This document shows positions 63,701 to 64,000 of a stretch of 64,000 nt of DNA, in pieces (position 1 is the stretch's first letter; every line of letters begins with the position of its first letter). This DNA comes from Diadema antillarum (taxonomy: Eukaryota), in NCBI RefSeq assembly GCF_040938485.1, contig NW_027270946.1:2418001-2482000 (forward strand), given 5' to 3'. The notes beneath the pieces were generated by a model that saw nothing but the letters and a program-made list of their open reading frames with translations, did no database searches and was not told the origin of the DNA. The position numbers were made by a program, and so were the translations under genes.

Positions 63701-63836
63701 TAACTATTGCTTTGCTGCACTCCTTACATTTTTTCCTGTTTTTGTATTGCCCAGGATAAAGGCACAGTGAATCCAGTCTCCAGGTTTGATCCTCAGGCCG
63801 ATGCAGAGAAGTTGCGCAAGGCAATGAAGGGACTTG
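51706..63836 (+). CDS. DZANK1-like protein without zinc ribbons, with ankyrin repeats, continuing into an annexin repeat; partial (at least 610 aa, runs off the window)
   Basis: Exons are 51706-51817, 52222-52366, 53100-53235, 54439-54513, 55319-55428, 55870-55912 (alternative end 55969), 56497-56841, 57414-57528, 58198-58233, 58825-58910, 59840-59920, 61135-61265, 62748-63081 and 63755-63836. All are GT-AG with consistent phases. Recalled DZANK1 hallmarks: AGAVCVPTITPLR, IYFSTNGSKP...GKRTIKAIAVS, IGTQTVGLFYP, ISPGKGYWKRQLAHIAAHL, EVGPRGEG...EGADPNC, GNTALHEA. Confidence 0.9.
53310..53640. mobile_element. hAT-like MITE in intron (right end GTGCAGCCCTG; left end uncertain)
   Basis: Internal ACCAGT repeats; shares its right-end sequence with 35907-36027. 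Confidence 0.5.
59496..59820. repeat. Three diverged ~100-110 bp tandem units just upstream of an exon acceptor
   Basis: TTTTAATCAGTG...CAGACTATCTAG...GCAGTCAAAAA...TGTGATCCATTGGTAGCTTTTCTTTCAATCTACCTCAT recurs at about 59496, 59608 and 59707. Confidence 0.8.
60693..61026. repeat. Perfect 167-bp tandem duplication
   Basis: 60693-60859 is identical to 60860-61026. Confidence 0.9.
61366..61548. mobile_element. GC-rich MITE, copy 3
   Basis: CAGTGGTGGATCCAG...CTGGATCCGCACGTG, with 5-bp TSD CATCA at 61361-61365 and 61549-61553, and an internal (AAAAC)n expansion. Confidence 0.8.
62234..62770. repeat. Four ~120-145 bp tandem units overlapping the exon acceptor at 62747
   Basis: The unit start TGAA..GCTCATT recurs at 62234, 62352, 62498 and 62639. 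Each unit ends in a version of ATCACATTTACCAGGAAAGGGAACACTGCCCTC. Confidence 0.85.
63755..63836 (+). CDS. Annexin repeat 1 start (exon)
   Basis: DKGTVNPVSRFDPQADAEKLRKAMKGL(G) is the canonical annexin GTV.P...FDP..DAE.LRKAMKGLG. It ends in a phase-1 GTGAGT donor. Confidence 0.92.
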
Positions 63837-64000
63837 GTGAGTTTGTCCTTGGTACTTTGTGGAATTCCCATATGTAGTGGGATTTGCTACTGGTTTTGTC
63901 ATATTGGACCATTCTGACTTCCCCTAGAAGATACTGACTTGATAATGTGCCAACAGAAAATGATAGGGAGTGAGAGAAGAGATGAAAAATTTCAGAAGAA

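Overview
Eukaryotic, AT-rich, intron-containing genomic DNA, most likely from a sea urchin: it carries a late-type histone H2B with the echinoid CAAGAAAGA downstream element. There is one assembly gap (45911-46109). I rebuilt exon chains by hand from GT-AG sites and phase matching. They give: (1) a 6-exon minus-strand gene of about 522 aa with weak C7orf31/SPMIP4-like motifs; (2) two tandem small plus-strand paralogues (147 and 179 aa) sharing an unrecognised C-terminal motif, PF-x4-KPTCGYFF[ST]R-x-T-x2-RK-x3-GIP; (3) a solitary replication-type H2B gene; (4) a 3-exon minus-strand gene of about 524 aa with one N-terminal death effector domain and a long disordered tail; (5) a plus-strand gene of at least 14 coding exons, running off the window end, which is DZANK1-like but lacks the zinc ribbons and appears to splice in frame into an annexin repeat. 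The intergenic and intronic DNA holds many short TIR elements, including 29-61 bp ones with clear target-site duplications, one of them with a (TTAGGG)n core. It also holds a ~190-bp satellite with a 3-monomer higher-order structure, a tRNA-like cassette inside inverted repeats, and a RecQ-like transposon remnant. All homology calls come from recalled motifs; no database search was run.
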